This document shows positions 23,596 to 36,200 of a stretch of DNA of 64,000 bases, piece after piece. Position 1 is the stretch's first letter, and the number at the start of each line of letters is the position of its first letter. A program made the position numbers and the translations under genes. This DNA is from Schizochytrium sp. TIO01 (Eukaryota; Protista; Bigyra: Labyrinthulomycetes). A model generated the notes under the pieces. That model did no database searches. It was not told the origin of the DNA and saw nothing but the letters and a program-made list of their open reading frames with translations. The stretch spans positions 1,526,747 through 1,590,746 of the forward strand of contig SMSO01000037.1 in the NCBI GenBank assembly GCA_004764695.1, given 5' to 3'.

Positions 23596-26500
23596 CTTGG
23601 CCTGCGCTTGAAGGGGCTTTGACGAGCAAACAAACCATAAAATTGAGAGAGCTTTCTCTCTTTCTTTCTTTTCTTTCTTGCTTTCTCTCTCCAAAGAAGA
23701 GGCAAAAAAGAGGCCAAGCTCTGAGGCACTTCTATGGATTTCCGTAAACCCACTCTACTCTACCTACCTACCTACCTAGTCTACTCTTTCCTCCTCCTTA
23801 CTAGGGACTGATTCACTAAAATAGAATGACCTACTAGATTACCTGCTATCTAGTACTACCGATGGTAGTGACAGGAATAGGAGCGTCACAAAGACAGCAA
23901 AGAAAAGCGCGGTGCTCACTCTTTTAAGCAAACGGAGCCAGCAACCCGCCACGGAAGACGAGTTGCCACCTGATCAAGGTCACTACTTGTCGGTTCCGTG
24001 GCTGTATCGCCTTTGGTTCTCTAACCTGCCTGGCCTCCTGCCCACTGGACGAGCTTCCTGTCTGGCTGTCTGGCGGTCTGTGCTGCGACGGCTGTTTGTT
24101 GCTCTGCTTTCATCCTCTTGCTGCTTTTCTACTCCTCCTTTTATTCCCTCTGATTACTTAGAACTATCTAACAAGTACATAACTAGTAATAGTAATAGTA
24201 GGTATTCAAATAACAATTATGGTAATGAGGAAAACTAGCAAGCGTTATGAAAAACACTCTCACTAGTTAGTGGCAATACCTGTCGATGTTTTTATTCAAG
24301 GTTGGTCAAGTAACTCAAGTAAAACATACCATAGTAAAAGCACATGATACGATGATGAATGGACAAAGCAGTATCACTTTGACTCTTTTAGACTACAGTC
24401 AGGCATACCTTCTACACCATGGTACGACGCTTTGGAACGTTTCTGCTAGAACACCTCAGAGACAACTCCTTATATAAAGAATAAATAAAAGTGAGCTAAA
24501 CTCAAGCTAAGTCAATCACATGTTGCTACAACAGGAGGAATATATAGTATTGTCTGGCACCTAGTCTATTTCAATGTTAGAAAATAAGAGGAAAGAGAAA
24601 AGTAGGTTCTACTAACTAGACAGACAGCAAGTACTACTGTTGGACATCTTATCTTGTAGAATGGCAACCAACCAAAGATCCCAGTTTAAAACAGTCTACC
24701 TTTTGTCCGACTAGGTGCTTGGGTCTTTGACGTCTGAACTTCAAAGTCCTTTCGCAAATGTTAAATTGTTGAAACGATCATCAGACTGCTATTTCTTAAG
24801 CCTAATGCATAAACTCTTATAACCTTCGTGCATTAGCTTGTAGTGTTGTTTGTATTAAACATGCTTGCGTTGCTGATCTAGCTTTTGCTGCTCCACGCTT
24901 TCAGTCTGTTTTTGAAGTCTCACTCTGAGAAAGATGATTTTGATGCCTGTCTTATTCTCGTCCCCTAACCTTTTAAATGTCTACGACCTGAGCTGTCTGA
25001 CCTCCATAATCATCGAAATATCCTGAATCGTAACCAGATTACGTCTTGTACTTTGCTTACCAATGTATTTATCAACTTTCTGTAGCTATGGAAACTATTG
25101 ATGTCTCTAAATCAAAGCAATTGATGGCGACCTCTATGCAATAAAATTATTGTTTACACGTTACAGTATCCATAGATGCAGCAGAACTTTGCATTGCAGT
25201 GTTTGTTACTCAAGGATATTTTTCGTTTTTGTTTTTGTGTTTCGAAGTTCAGTTTGCCTGCTTGCTGTTCGTTTATCTTACACCATACAATGTTTCACAA
25301 TTATGCCCTTTTCTGTATCCTTTAGCGTATATCTGACTCAAGAGAACCAAAAATTTCTAAATTTCTTATAGGTCAGCAGGAGATGAGCTTGCCACAAGCA
25401 GAAGCAAAGAGGTGAAATCAATTATCTGAAATGCCAAGTTTGTTTTGGTTGCAAAATTTGATCAAGGCTCAACTTCAATCTGTTCGTCAAAATAGACGCA
25501 GTCCTTTATTTTTATCGAGAGGCATGATGGTGCTAAAAGATTTCAATCATAAGTACGCTCTATATCTTTGATATAAACGTCCTTTGAATTTGCCACAGTG
25601 ATCTTTCAAAATTTGTAATTAAAAAGAGGTGGGAATTCTCCCAAATCTTGGATTTGAATCTGCCAAAGAGGTAGCTGTCACTCCATTCCTATTGTGTATT
25701 GCGTTGCAAACGCGCTGGGTTCTTGGTCTTTGACACACGTGTTGTTTTTTTTGCCAACTAGATTCTGGCAACACCTACTCGAAATCTATTGAAATGCATG
25801 CCTTAAGTATATATATATATATATATATCTTTGAACTAACAATTAAATATGCCTATTATTTTATTTGTATCATTATTATTATTATTAACCTCTTTTTAAT
25901 GCAAGAACAAGGGCGTACATTACAAGCAAATGTTTCTGAGAATTTTGCTATAAACAAGAGTACAAGATATTAAATAATTAGGAGGGCAAATGGTATCGCA
26001 ATATCTACAACTAGAAATAATGAAAAGGGGTCATATTATTATCATTATTATAGTCTTCATCTAAAAAAGAAAAGGTGAACTTGAAATAATAAGAAATAAA
26101 TCCGTTGAAGTCTCTTTATCAAGGTGGCAGGTGATAAAGTTGTTTCTTCCGTGGGGTAGTCCCACCTTCGCATGCTTGGTAGATGGCTCCTTTAATTATC
26201 TGGTTTGAGTAAATATCTACAGGATTATAATAAGAAATCCAAAAGAGAGGCATTTGACAGGTAGTGATATTAATCTTGTGTTTTTTCCTCTCCTGGTTAA
26301 TTTTGTTAGGAAATATAATCTTCAAAGTCATCAGTTTTTTCCGCGTACCCTTGGTGGTGGATATCCTTTGTTTCCCCGCTTTTGAGTCCACTCCAGTATA
26401 AGAAGATTGTAAACACTTCTTTGTGGGAATAGCCTTGAATGGTTTGCACTCTCCTTACTAAAGAATCTGTCATCTGTTTATATCTTGGCGCTGACAAAAA

Positions 26501-27401
26501 ATTTCAACCCGAACCTCAGGCTGGGTGTTTCGTACTTTATATCGATGAGAGGGAACCATGTTATAATGTTAATTGACCTTTTGCTATCATAATTAGAAAC
26601 CTTAGACGGAAGTACTTAAACACAGAAAAAACGAGCAAGTCAGCAGTAGAAGGGACACTGCTTCGAATATATTAAATCAAGTACACAACATTGTTTGATC
26701 TACTGTGAGCCTAGCTGATTATAGTTGTAAGAAAATAGAAAGCTCAAAAGGGTGGGAGCAGCTATAAGCCGTGTGCTAGCTCTTGAAGATTAGAGGCCTG
26801 AGAACTTGCTCTAATTTGGCTGAGAGTGAGGACTCGCACACTCAGATAGCTTAATTAGGTTGTACATATAAAGAAATGACCACTCTCACTAGTAATCAGG
26901 ATCTGCAGGCGCTTCCGAAATTCTTAACTGCAGCTGCGGCGAATATAACCGATTTGCTCATCCACCACGGAAATGCGCATCATACTTGAACCTAAGCAAG
27001 ACCGTCTTCTAAAGATCCGGTCCAACGAAAGCTTCTGTATTCTTGTTTATTTTTGTTAAAAAAATAAAAAATAAGTTGGGGATGAAAGAATTTTAGTTTT
27101 CAAAGCACAGATAACCGCCAACAAGAAAGGTTCAATCCATAAAATTGCAAGATTTATTGGCTGGGGTGTCTCCGCTACCTACCTCGTCCTTGACGTACGT
27201 CTTGACATAAATGCAGGTATCCTACTGCCTAATCATAATAGTCGCCGGGTGGTAGTGCTATTTTGGTGCCGATGTGCATGAAAAGCTAATGAGCTGGTTT
27301 GTTTCTCTTCATGCGTAATTAGGTACCAACTACCTATTATCTACACAGGTAGATACCTTGTAACTTGTTCATTAGCGTATTTATACTTCATATTTGTACA
27401 T

Positions 27402-27468
27402 CACTCTCACCTGTCACAGACGATGAGTCGAAATCTTTCAGCTTGGGTAAAACAAACTAAAACAATCA
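27402..27468 (-). repeat. Dispersed short repeat family, copy E (inverted)
   Basis: CACTCTCAC...ATGAGTCGAAATCTTTCAG...GGGTAAAAC...AAAACAATC resembles the reverse complement of 55810-55884. Confidence 0.55.
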
Positions 27469-28027
27469 AACGTCATGGTTGTCTGCACTTGGCGTTACTT
27501 TAGTTATCAAGGGAACATTAGCTAGATAGAGAGCTACTCGCAACTAGTAAATACTTACTAAATGGCTTCCTTTAAAAGCTGTCACGTGAACCTTTACTAC
27601 TAGGTCCCTATAGCTATTTGCTATCTATACTATTCTTTCATATTTTAAAAAGAAATTATAAAGTTTTGATATCCATAGACATATATTAGTCTTCGAACAT
27701 AGCTTATTAAAAGTATCAAATCATCATTATAAATGTATTCTTTCTAAAATTCAATAATTATTTTAAAATAATCATTGAAGATTACTAAGTACAGCTAAGC
27801 TAATCCTTAATAGATGGCCTAAGAGTCGAACTATTATCATTGACCTGATCTGGCTATATGATAGTGACTTACATGATATATATCCGCTTGGCAGAGTTTG
27901 ACTCGCCAGCGCCAGCAAAGACCGGACGTGCGCGCGTGCAGGGGAAACATCTAGGATTGATTGATATACACGGCGGCGCTACTTGATCGCGCCTTAATTT
28001 ACTCCGTGCTTTTTCTTGTTCCTAACC

Positions 28028-29464
28028 ATGGGCTGTACCAACACGAAGGACGGATCAGCCGCGGCAGCGAATGCGCGGCAAAACAACAAGGAGACTAAAC
28101 CCTTTGGAGATGCTACCACTGCTGCACCTGCCGCAGCCGTGCACAGCCCGAAGGAGCAGCACAAAACGCCCGATCAAACCTCAACCAAGCAAAGTGCAAA
28201 GCTTAGCACTGGCGTCTCCGCAAGCGTTGTAGAAAACACAGCAGGTGTGAATGGCCTTAACGCGCTTAATGCCGAAAAGCAGGATATCAAAGATCTTGTT
28301 GAAAAGGAGCCTTTCCACAGCAAATATGATCTTGGTGACACCCTAGGTCGTGGAAATTACTCGGTTGTGCGCAAAGGCAAGCTTAAATCAGACCCTGATT
28401 CCCTTTTTGCGGTCAAGTGCATTAAAGAAAGCTCACTCACGCATGAAGATCGCGAGGCACTCAAGGTAGAGACCACCATTCTCAAAGGTATGGACAGCCC
28501 TCATATCGTCAAGCTCCTTGGATTCTACCATGAGCCAAGTGAGAAGCTGTTTTATATTGTCATGGAATATGTTGGTGGCGGTGAGCTTTTTGACCGCATC
28601 ATCGCAAAGGAGTATTACAGCGAGGCTGACGCGCAAAAACTTGTCCGCGTTATCGCTGAGGCTATCAAGTACTGTCATGACCGCGGCGTTGTGCACCGCG
28701 ATTTGAAGCCAGAAAATATTCTTCTGACTAGCAAGGACGATGATGATTCCATCAAGATTGCTGACTTTGGCTTTGCAAAGCAGTACGACACTTCTTCTGA
28801 CGAAGCGCTTAGTACGTCCTGTGGTACACCCGGTTATGTCGCCCCTGAGATTCTCAATGGACACAAGTACGGTAAAGAAGTCGATATGTGGAGCTTTGGT
28901 GTCATTATCTACATTCTACTCTGTGGCTACCCACCTTTCCACCATGAAAATCAGCGAGAGCTTTTCCGTCAAATTCGCACTGCCAACTACAAATTCGATG
29001 AGGAATACTGGGGCGAGGTGTCACAGAGTGCCAAGGATCTTGTTTCCAAGCTTCTCGTTGTAGATCGCTCCAAACGTTTAACAATCGATCAACTTCTTGA
29101 GCACCCCTGGCTCCAAGGCGAGGCCAAGGAGACTAACCTCACCGAGATTCAGACAAAACTCAAGGAAGAAATGGCTAAGCGCAAGTTCAAGGCCGCTGCA
29201 CAGGCTGTTATTCTTGGCAACCGTCTTCAGAAGGTTGCCAAGACCAACGCCTCAGCTGCCACCACAGCAGATAAGCCTGATGCTTCCCCACCTGCTGTCG
29301 ACGATACCGGGGTCAAGACTGCTAATGGGTCTTCTAGCACTGTTGGATCTGAAGTCACAGCACACTCCACGGACACAGAGCAGCCTCAATCGCAGCAAGT
29401 GCCAGCAGAGGCGCCACTTGCTCCAGGTGAGGGTGTTGATAATGCAAAGGTGGCCCAGAGCTAA
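28028..29464 (+). CDS. Ca2+/calmodulin-dependent protein kinase (CaMKI-like), predicted N-terminally acylated (478 aa)
   Basis: ATG 28028 gives MGC. Kinase motifs are LGRGNYSVV, AVK, GGELFDRI, HRDLKPEN, DFG, CGTPGYVAPE and DMWSFG. A CaM-binding-like KRKFKAAAQAVILGNRL follows the kinase domain. Confidence 0.95.
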   Translation: MGCTNTKDGSAAAANARQNNKETKPFGDATTAAPAAAVHSPKEQHKTPDQTSTKQSAKLSTGVSASVVENTAGVNGLNALNAEKQDIKDLVEKEPFHSKYDLGDTLGRGNYSVVRKGKLKSDPDSLFAVKCIKESSLTHEDREALKVETTILKGMDSPHIVKLLGFYHEPSEKLFYIVMEYVGGGELFDRIIAKEYYSEADAQKLVRVIAEAIKYCHDRGVVHRDLKPENILLTSKDDDDSIKIADFGFAKQYDTSSDEALSTSCGTPGYVAPEILNGHKYGKEVDMWSFGVIIYILLCGYPPFHHENQRELFRQIRTANYKFDEEYWGEVSQSAKDLVSKLLVVDRSKRLTIDQLLEHPWLQGEAKETNLTEIQTKLKEEMAKRKFKAAAQAVILGNRLQKVAKTNASAATTADKPDASPPAVDDTGVKTANGSSSTVGSEVTAHSTDTEQPQSQQVPAEAPLAPGEGVDNAKVAQS

Positions 29465-30085
29465 TTGAGTCTCGGCTAAGTGCTTTCCTAACCTCGCTGT
29501 ATTTCCACTTGGGAGGTAGACAAGCTCCAGCGTATAACACAGAAACTAGATCTAGTCCTCTCACCCGATTGTGCATTGAAAGTTTTATCTTGCATCCTTT
29601 GCCTAACTCTCCTTCCATCTTCGCATATGAACAGATGCCAATCCTTACATACTTGTTATGTCCTACACTACAAGATGTATACACAAAATATTTGGAAAAG
29701 TGCACCTACATCTTGAAAGACTATAAAAGAGCTAAACATTCTCTACATTGCCTCTTCTATTTTAGATTCTATGTTAGTTCGATCCACATTCGGAATTGAA
29801 GCTCTTGCATCTTCAAATATAATCATGACCAAGTCTTCAAGCGGGCCAGTCTCGTTGCAAAGAAAAGGGAAGGCATAAGTGTGCACAGATTTTATTTGCC
29901 CTCTTCTGAAATAGGTGAAATGAGATTTATCCGCTAGAGATATTAGGAATGAAACAAGAAAACGAATTCCCACTTTTTGCACAAATGATGTGATTGTATC
30001 CAAGACAAAACGTAAGAACAAAGGTTTTTTTTAGTCATGGTGACGATTTCAATTTTTTTTTTTTTGTAATATCTGCAAAGTATAC

Positions 30086-31473
30086 TTAGAGCTTGCCACG
30101 CATCTTCTTCCGCTGCCGCTTAGCACGGCGACCGTACTTCGGATCAGAGTCGAGAGAAGGCTTCATCGAAATGCGGAGGGACTTGATGGTCTCATTGTAG
30201 CGGTCTTCGTTAGTGCGCTTAAGGTAGGCAAGCATCTTGTGGCGCTTCTGGATCAAATGATCCAGTCCTCGGCGAGAGCCCAAATCCTTAGGGTGCTTCG
30301 CGACGTGTTCTTGCAGGTATTGAATGCGGCCAGTCATGTGGGCGGCTAAATTAAATCAAATCATATGTGAGAGTTCATTCAGGTATCATGGTGGTCAGTT
30401 TTCAATTCCGATATATTTGGTACAGCTATTGTTTAAAAAGGTATGTCATGATATCGAAGAAGCGGCGAGCGATGTCTCATAAACTTTATTCTAATAATAC
30501 ATTGCGAGCAAGACACTTACCCTGTACCTCAGGGGAACCCGAATCGATCTCGTGGTGCTTAAGCTGAGGGCGCTGTTCGAGAACCTGAGGGTTCAATAAA
30601 TGATATTAATCACAGGATACGATAAACACGCAAGTCAGAAAGTAAAAGCAACAGAATTGGGTTAGTCTTCGTGTCTTCACTTGGTATGTTTCCTAATGAT
30701 CTCCCATCATTCAATTTTCATCAATTTACATATTGCCTTATTTTCGAAAAGGCCGAACAGGTTCAAAATACAAAATACTGCCACCCCATCTCCTTGCTCA
30801 TTTAGAGAAAGTACATTTTATTACTGTGCGAAGAAATAGCAACGATAGCAACGATAGCAACGCCTTCGTTGTGAATTAGCACCGTGAAGGAGACACTTGC
30901 TATTTGCACATGATCACTGAGAGTCAACTGCGAAGAGTAACTTTACAATCAGCTCAGCACATTCCGCACCTTCGGTAGGCTTCGTCACTACAAACATAAG
31001 TGAACGAACGAATATAGGCACATGAATTGAGAAAAATGTGAATGAGCAAGGGGATGGATGGATAATCTTATAGATGAAGAAGGGGGAAGATGGCTCTGGA
31101 TAAAGATCATGGAACTTACTTCTGCCTTGCGTTGGCGTCTCCGTCTGACCTCGTTGTCGTCAAAGCTGCCGTTCATGATGTTAAGAGCCCGCTGAGCAAG
31201 CTCAAAGTGGAAAGGCGTTGGGCCCTCAGAGGTCTCGCCGGAGAGACTCTCAACGCCAGAGCTGTTTGAGCTCGAGGCATCGACGGTAAGAAAGCGAGGC
31301 GCCTCAAGACCGAAGATGCGCTGCGAAGTCATACCAAGAACAGTCCATGGCTGCGCAAAGTTGGCGAGCGAGAGGGAGGAGGAGGACGGGAGGGAGGAGA
31401 GAGGAGCGCGGAGGCGGGGCGACGGGGAGGCCAGAGAGCCGAGGCGGCCCACAGATGCAGCGACTCGCCGCAT
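30086..31473 (-). CDS. MRPS15: Mitochondrial ribosomal protein uS15m; exons 31473-31120, 30584-30521, 30345-30086 (225 aa)
   Basis: Two GTAAGT...AG introns (31119-30585 and 30520-30346) splice in frame to give [39 protein letters not shown]...RHKMLAYLKR, the S15 signature. The N-terminus is an Arg/Ser-rich targeting-like peptide. Confidence 0.93.
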
Positions 31474-31662
31474 GGCGCCTGCGCGAGTCGAGAAAGACTG
31501 GCGGAGGCGAAGAAGGGGTAAGGAGAGAGGACTAAATGGTCGAGGAGTAATAAAAGAAAGGCAAGCAACAGAAAGAAAACCTTAACAATTGTATTGCTTC
31601 ATACATGTAATATATATTAAACATTATATCGTAAAATGAAATAGAGGTGAGCATTCGAAACT

Positions 31663-31769
31663 TCACTTAATCACTCAATCACTCAATCACTCAATCACTC
31701 AATCACTCAATCACTCAATCACTCAATCACTCAATCGCTCAATCGCTCAATCGCTCAATCACTCAATCA
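31663..31769. repeat. (TCACTCAA)n octamer tandem repeat, about 13 units, three of them TCGCTCAA
   Basis: Directly visible upstream of the uS15m gene. Confidence 0.95.
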
Positions 31770-32558
31770 TGGATTGAATAAACGATTGAATAAGAGCGAA
31801 TGAATTGCTTAGATTGGGCACAGCAAAATCAAAGCCAAAGCAATGAAGAGCCACAGAAATGCTACGTAGCTGACAATAACCAGCGAAGTGCAACTATGAG
31901 TGAAGTTGTCGCGCATTAATAGAGGCACACCAGTGGCAGTCATTCCACAGAGTTGATTGAGATACTACTAGATTAACAACTATCAAGCCTGTCAGAAAGG
32001 TTAATTTAAAATTCACACCACCCAAGGGCAGCTTTCTTAGCAGTAGTCATAGTACGGGTAGGTTAGAGTAATTTCTATAGCGAGAGTTAAGATTGCTTTT
32101 AGCACCATTGGTTTAGCAATACATAGATAGATCTATTTACTCAGTAGTAAGGCTTATCTACATTGCATTTTTGTCCTAAAATATGCTTCTGCCGTCCTAA
32201 ATGTGATGGTTGAGGAAAAAAAACAAAGATGAGCGAAAGAAACGGGTTCTCGTCGATCACGGTCACAAGAAGATCATGCCAATTTGCAAAGGCATCTCAA
32301 AACCTAGAAAGTGCTTTAAAAACATCACACCAAAAGAAAAGAAGAATAACAACAACAACGACAAACGAATGAAGCAGTGAGTGGCGGCTTATGACTATTA
32401 CATAAGCTATAGGTCTGTATATTATTACTATTTTCAAAAAGGACCGTGCTTAATTATTGTAATAGTCTTAGTCGCGTGAGAAAGGCCTTTAAGTCTCGGC
32501 CACATCGCTACCAATTTGAATAATAGGCCATATAATTCCCGTTCTTTCCTTCATTGAT

Positions 32559-32636
32559 CACTCTCACTACTAGCAGTCAGAGGTAAAAGTTACAAGCTTC
32601 TAAAGAAACTCAAGCCAAATTAATCACTCATTGCTT
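32559..32636 (-). repeat. Dispersed short repeat family, copy F (inverted)
   Basis: CACTCTCACTACT...GTCAGAGGTAAAAGTTA...ACTCAAGCCAAA...AATCACTCATTGCTT. Confidence 0.7.
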
Positions 32637-33296
32637 CTTGCACCTCTGATGAGACTACTTCTTGATATAATATTTGAGACAAATTCTTTGAAACATACGT
32701 TCAGCTCAGGATTCTTTCATACAATATTGCTTGTTTCATTGGGTATAGGTACGTAAGTGAAATGTTTTGATCTCCTCAAGTAAGGAACTATTGAAATATG
32801 CTTTAAAGATGACATCTAGTTTCCTTCTATCCTTGTGGCATTTGATCTCGCGCACGCCCTAATGTCCAAATCGTTCAACGGGAAGCTGGTTCTTCAGATG
32901 CTTGATGTGATCAGATGTTAATTTCTTCCTGTTAATCTTGACAAATTGTGATGCACAAATTATTAAAACTAGTTAATGTAGAATTGCAATCCGACATCTA
33001 ATTTTTCTAGATTAATTGTGAAACTTTTGTGTAGGTATAGGAATTTATTTCAGCACTGATTTCCCTAGCACCTCGACCGGAATCACGGCACTGCTTGCAT
33101 GATAAATGAACGTAACGAGGTTGTATGCGGGATATTATGAATAATATCTTACTATAATTCCTGGTTAATCTCTACTCTACTCTAGCTAGGAAGGTAGACA
33201 ATTGTAGGGGTTATGCAATATAGAGGAGGCCTTCATTCGTTCAACATTGGTAGATGTGTCAGGGCTTATTGTATGAGGAAATTACGCTCTCACTTC

Positions 33297-36200
33297 TTAG
33301 AAGTGAACAATACCACCATTGTTTGCCAATGCTGTGTTAACACTGTTTCGCTTAGAAAGGTTGTGCCGCACTGCAGCAAGCTGCGCCTCACGGTAGCGAT
33401 CAAGAAGATTGCGGCGAGAAACACCGCGCATCGGGGGTGCATCTGAATTCTTCTGAGATAGACGGGATGACTCGTTACGCAATTCAGACTGGCGCTCAAG
33501 ACCTTCAGCCAAAAATGACTCATCCGTGAATTCTTCATCTCCTGATGGATCATTCACACACATCTCTGCAGAATCTGTAGAAACGGTTCGATTACCAAGC
33601 CAAGTAGCAATAAAAGCAATCATCTGAAAACCGACAGCGAACACGATGACGAGAAGCGCGTAAAGCCAGGCATGGGCTCGCGTCTCTGTATCCGTGCTTC
33701 CAACTGTAACTTCCTGGCCCATCACCGTTCCCTCAAAAGCATAGCGAAAAAAGTTCATGTAGTAAATCCAAATGAACCAAGGAGGGATAAATGCTTCCAC
33801 AAGCCAGTATCCACACAAATTTTGCGCCAAAATATTCACGAAAACAAATACAGAAGAGGCGATCTCCATACCAGGAAACAGGCTTGCGCAAAGAACTGCC
33901 ATACTTGAGCCACATGCACTCATACCTCCAAAGAAGATGGCAAACAAAAAGTATGCTTCGGCATCAATGACAAGTTGAGCTGCAAAGTAGCCCAACGGAA
34001 CAAGAATAAGGCCTTTCAAGAACGCAGCAAAAAGTGTTCGAATATACCACGCAAGGTGATAAGCCCCGGAGCTATAGGAACGAGCTGCGTGCTCTCTAAA
34101 AAACATGCGTTTATCCAGGAAGACTTGTGCCACATAAGGCATTTCTGAAAAGTAAGCCGCCGCGAGAATCTGATAGATTAATGAGGCTCGAACAAACGCA
34201 AGCTGCTGGTCCTCTGCAATGCCTTGTCCACAGTATAAAAGTGATGGGGTACTTGTGTTCACCGTGAAGGAGGGATCATAAAATGCCAAGCTATTATCGT
34301 TTAGCTGACATGCTTCCATTTCATCAAGGCGATCGGATATGATGGTCTTATTTGTGCTAAACGGCGTGTCGACGCTACTATAGAGTGCTCCATAAAAGAG
34401 CATCATGATTGGTCCAATCACCCAGTTACCAAATACGTACGCAGAGTTACGCATGTCGTTTACAATAGCTCTACGTGCGAGAGTACGGACTTGTTTCCAA
34501 AATCCAGTAGCATACTTCTCATTCGCTGTAGACGATGATCCACTTTCTCCATTGGTTGTTGTACCATACGACTCCTCTAGTGGAGGAGGGAGTCCAGCAT
34601 AAATACCTTTTTTAATATTGTAAATTGTTCGGAGGTTCTCCTTACGAATCCGCGAGGTCTGGTATGCATCACAAATCATATCTAGATCCACCTCGATAGG
34701 ACCCCGCAGCGAAGGTTGTTTAGCTACAGGCTCAACTTTGAACATCTCGCTGTCACTAACGGGATTCTTTGTATCATCCATGTGTTCTGAAGACTCCAGT
34801 TTCGAAAGGCCTTCGATTGGTACATCTTCAGGATATTCAGTACCGCCACGGGGAGACTCAATTTCGGATAGTCCAGAGATTGGGACATGCACATCTCCGC
34901 TTCCAAATTGAGATGATGACTGCAGCTTTGAAGATGATTCTTCAACGATGCAAGCCAACCGCGTTTCATCGCTGTCTTCTTCACTTGAGATGATGGGGGT
35001 TTGCCCAGGGGAACTGAATTCTTGGACATTTTTGCCTTGCTGTGTTGAATCCTCTTTGTTATCTTCTTCAGTGCTGCCATCGACAATTTGCGACTTTGGT
35101 TCATTGACTTCCTTTTCAGGCTTTGAAGGGACGTTTTTCGTGAGCGAAGGTCTCGAAAGTAAATGTTTGCCTTGATGATCTAGATCTAGATTTTCATCAT
35201 TAATATAGTTTTCATCCTCATCGATGCGAGTACCTTGTTGAGATTGTTTTTGAGGTGTTGAAACATGGCTAGAGCTATCTTCGAGGTCATCCAGACTGTA
35301 CAAAAGGCTCATAGGCTCCTCAGATACATCATTCATGCTACCGGACTTGATCTTTGCAGTGGTTTTAGCCTGCGCATCCTTGCGACGCTCACGAGCGAGA
35401 GCAATCCGTTCCAACACTCGCCGTTCTTCTTCACTCTCGTCAGGACTTTTCTCTTTCGTCAGATCGACAATAAAGTCTGCCGGATTAACACTGTAGTCTA
35501 CCTCAATACCTAGTGATTCAAAGTACGGGAAGATGCCATCGATAGTGCCAAAGTACATGACAATACCAAGTTTCATAAGCAACAGCTTATCAAAAAGGCG
35601 GAAAATATCTGCACGAGGTTGGTGTATAGTGCAGGCGATTGTGCGGCCATTGTCTGCAAGAGAACGGAGAACCTTTACAAGTCGTAAGGACCCAAACGCA
35701 TCAAGCCCAGATGTAGGCTCATCAAGCATGATCAGGCCAGGTCCAGTCACAAGCTCGATGGCAACAGTGAGACGACGCTTTTGGCCGCCTGATAACCCCC
35801 CAGCACCATCGCCGTCGCCAATTTTAGTATCTGCAACGTGGATCAGATCTAGCTCTTCGAGAGTCTTTTCAACACGCTGATACTTTTCCACTGCCGGGAC
35901 GTTTTCGCCTAAGCGAAGTTCTGTAACAAAGAAAAGGGTTTCGCGAGGCGTGAGCTCAGAGTAGAGCACATCGAACTGCATCACATACGCCGACGCACGC
36001 CTAAACACAGAGGAACGTAATTGCCCATTAATCCTAATATCTCCTGCAATCGTTCCAAACTCCTTCTGGTCCGCAAGCACATCAAGCAGAGTTGATTTAC
36101 CACATCCACTTGGCCCCATGATGGCAGTCATTGTTCCTGGTGCAAAATAGGCATTTACACCTCGAAGGATATGCTTCTCTTCATTCTTACTCACAGGAAC

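Noticed and set aside
26119-26497. Overlapping short minus-strand ORFs, possibly a pseudogene
   Set aside because: No recognisable motif could be found to support a call.
31663-31769. Octamer array as a telomeric repeat
   Set aside because: It is internal, and its complement TTGAGTGA lacks the G-run of typical telomere repeats.
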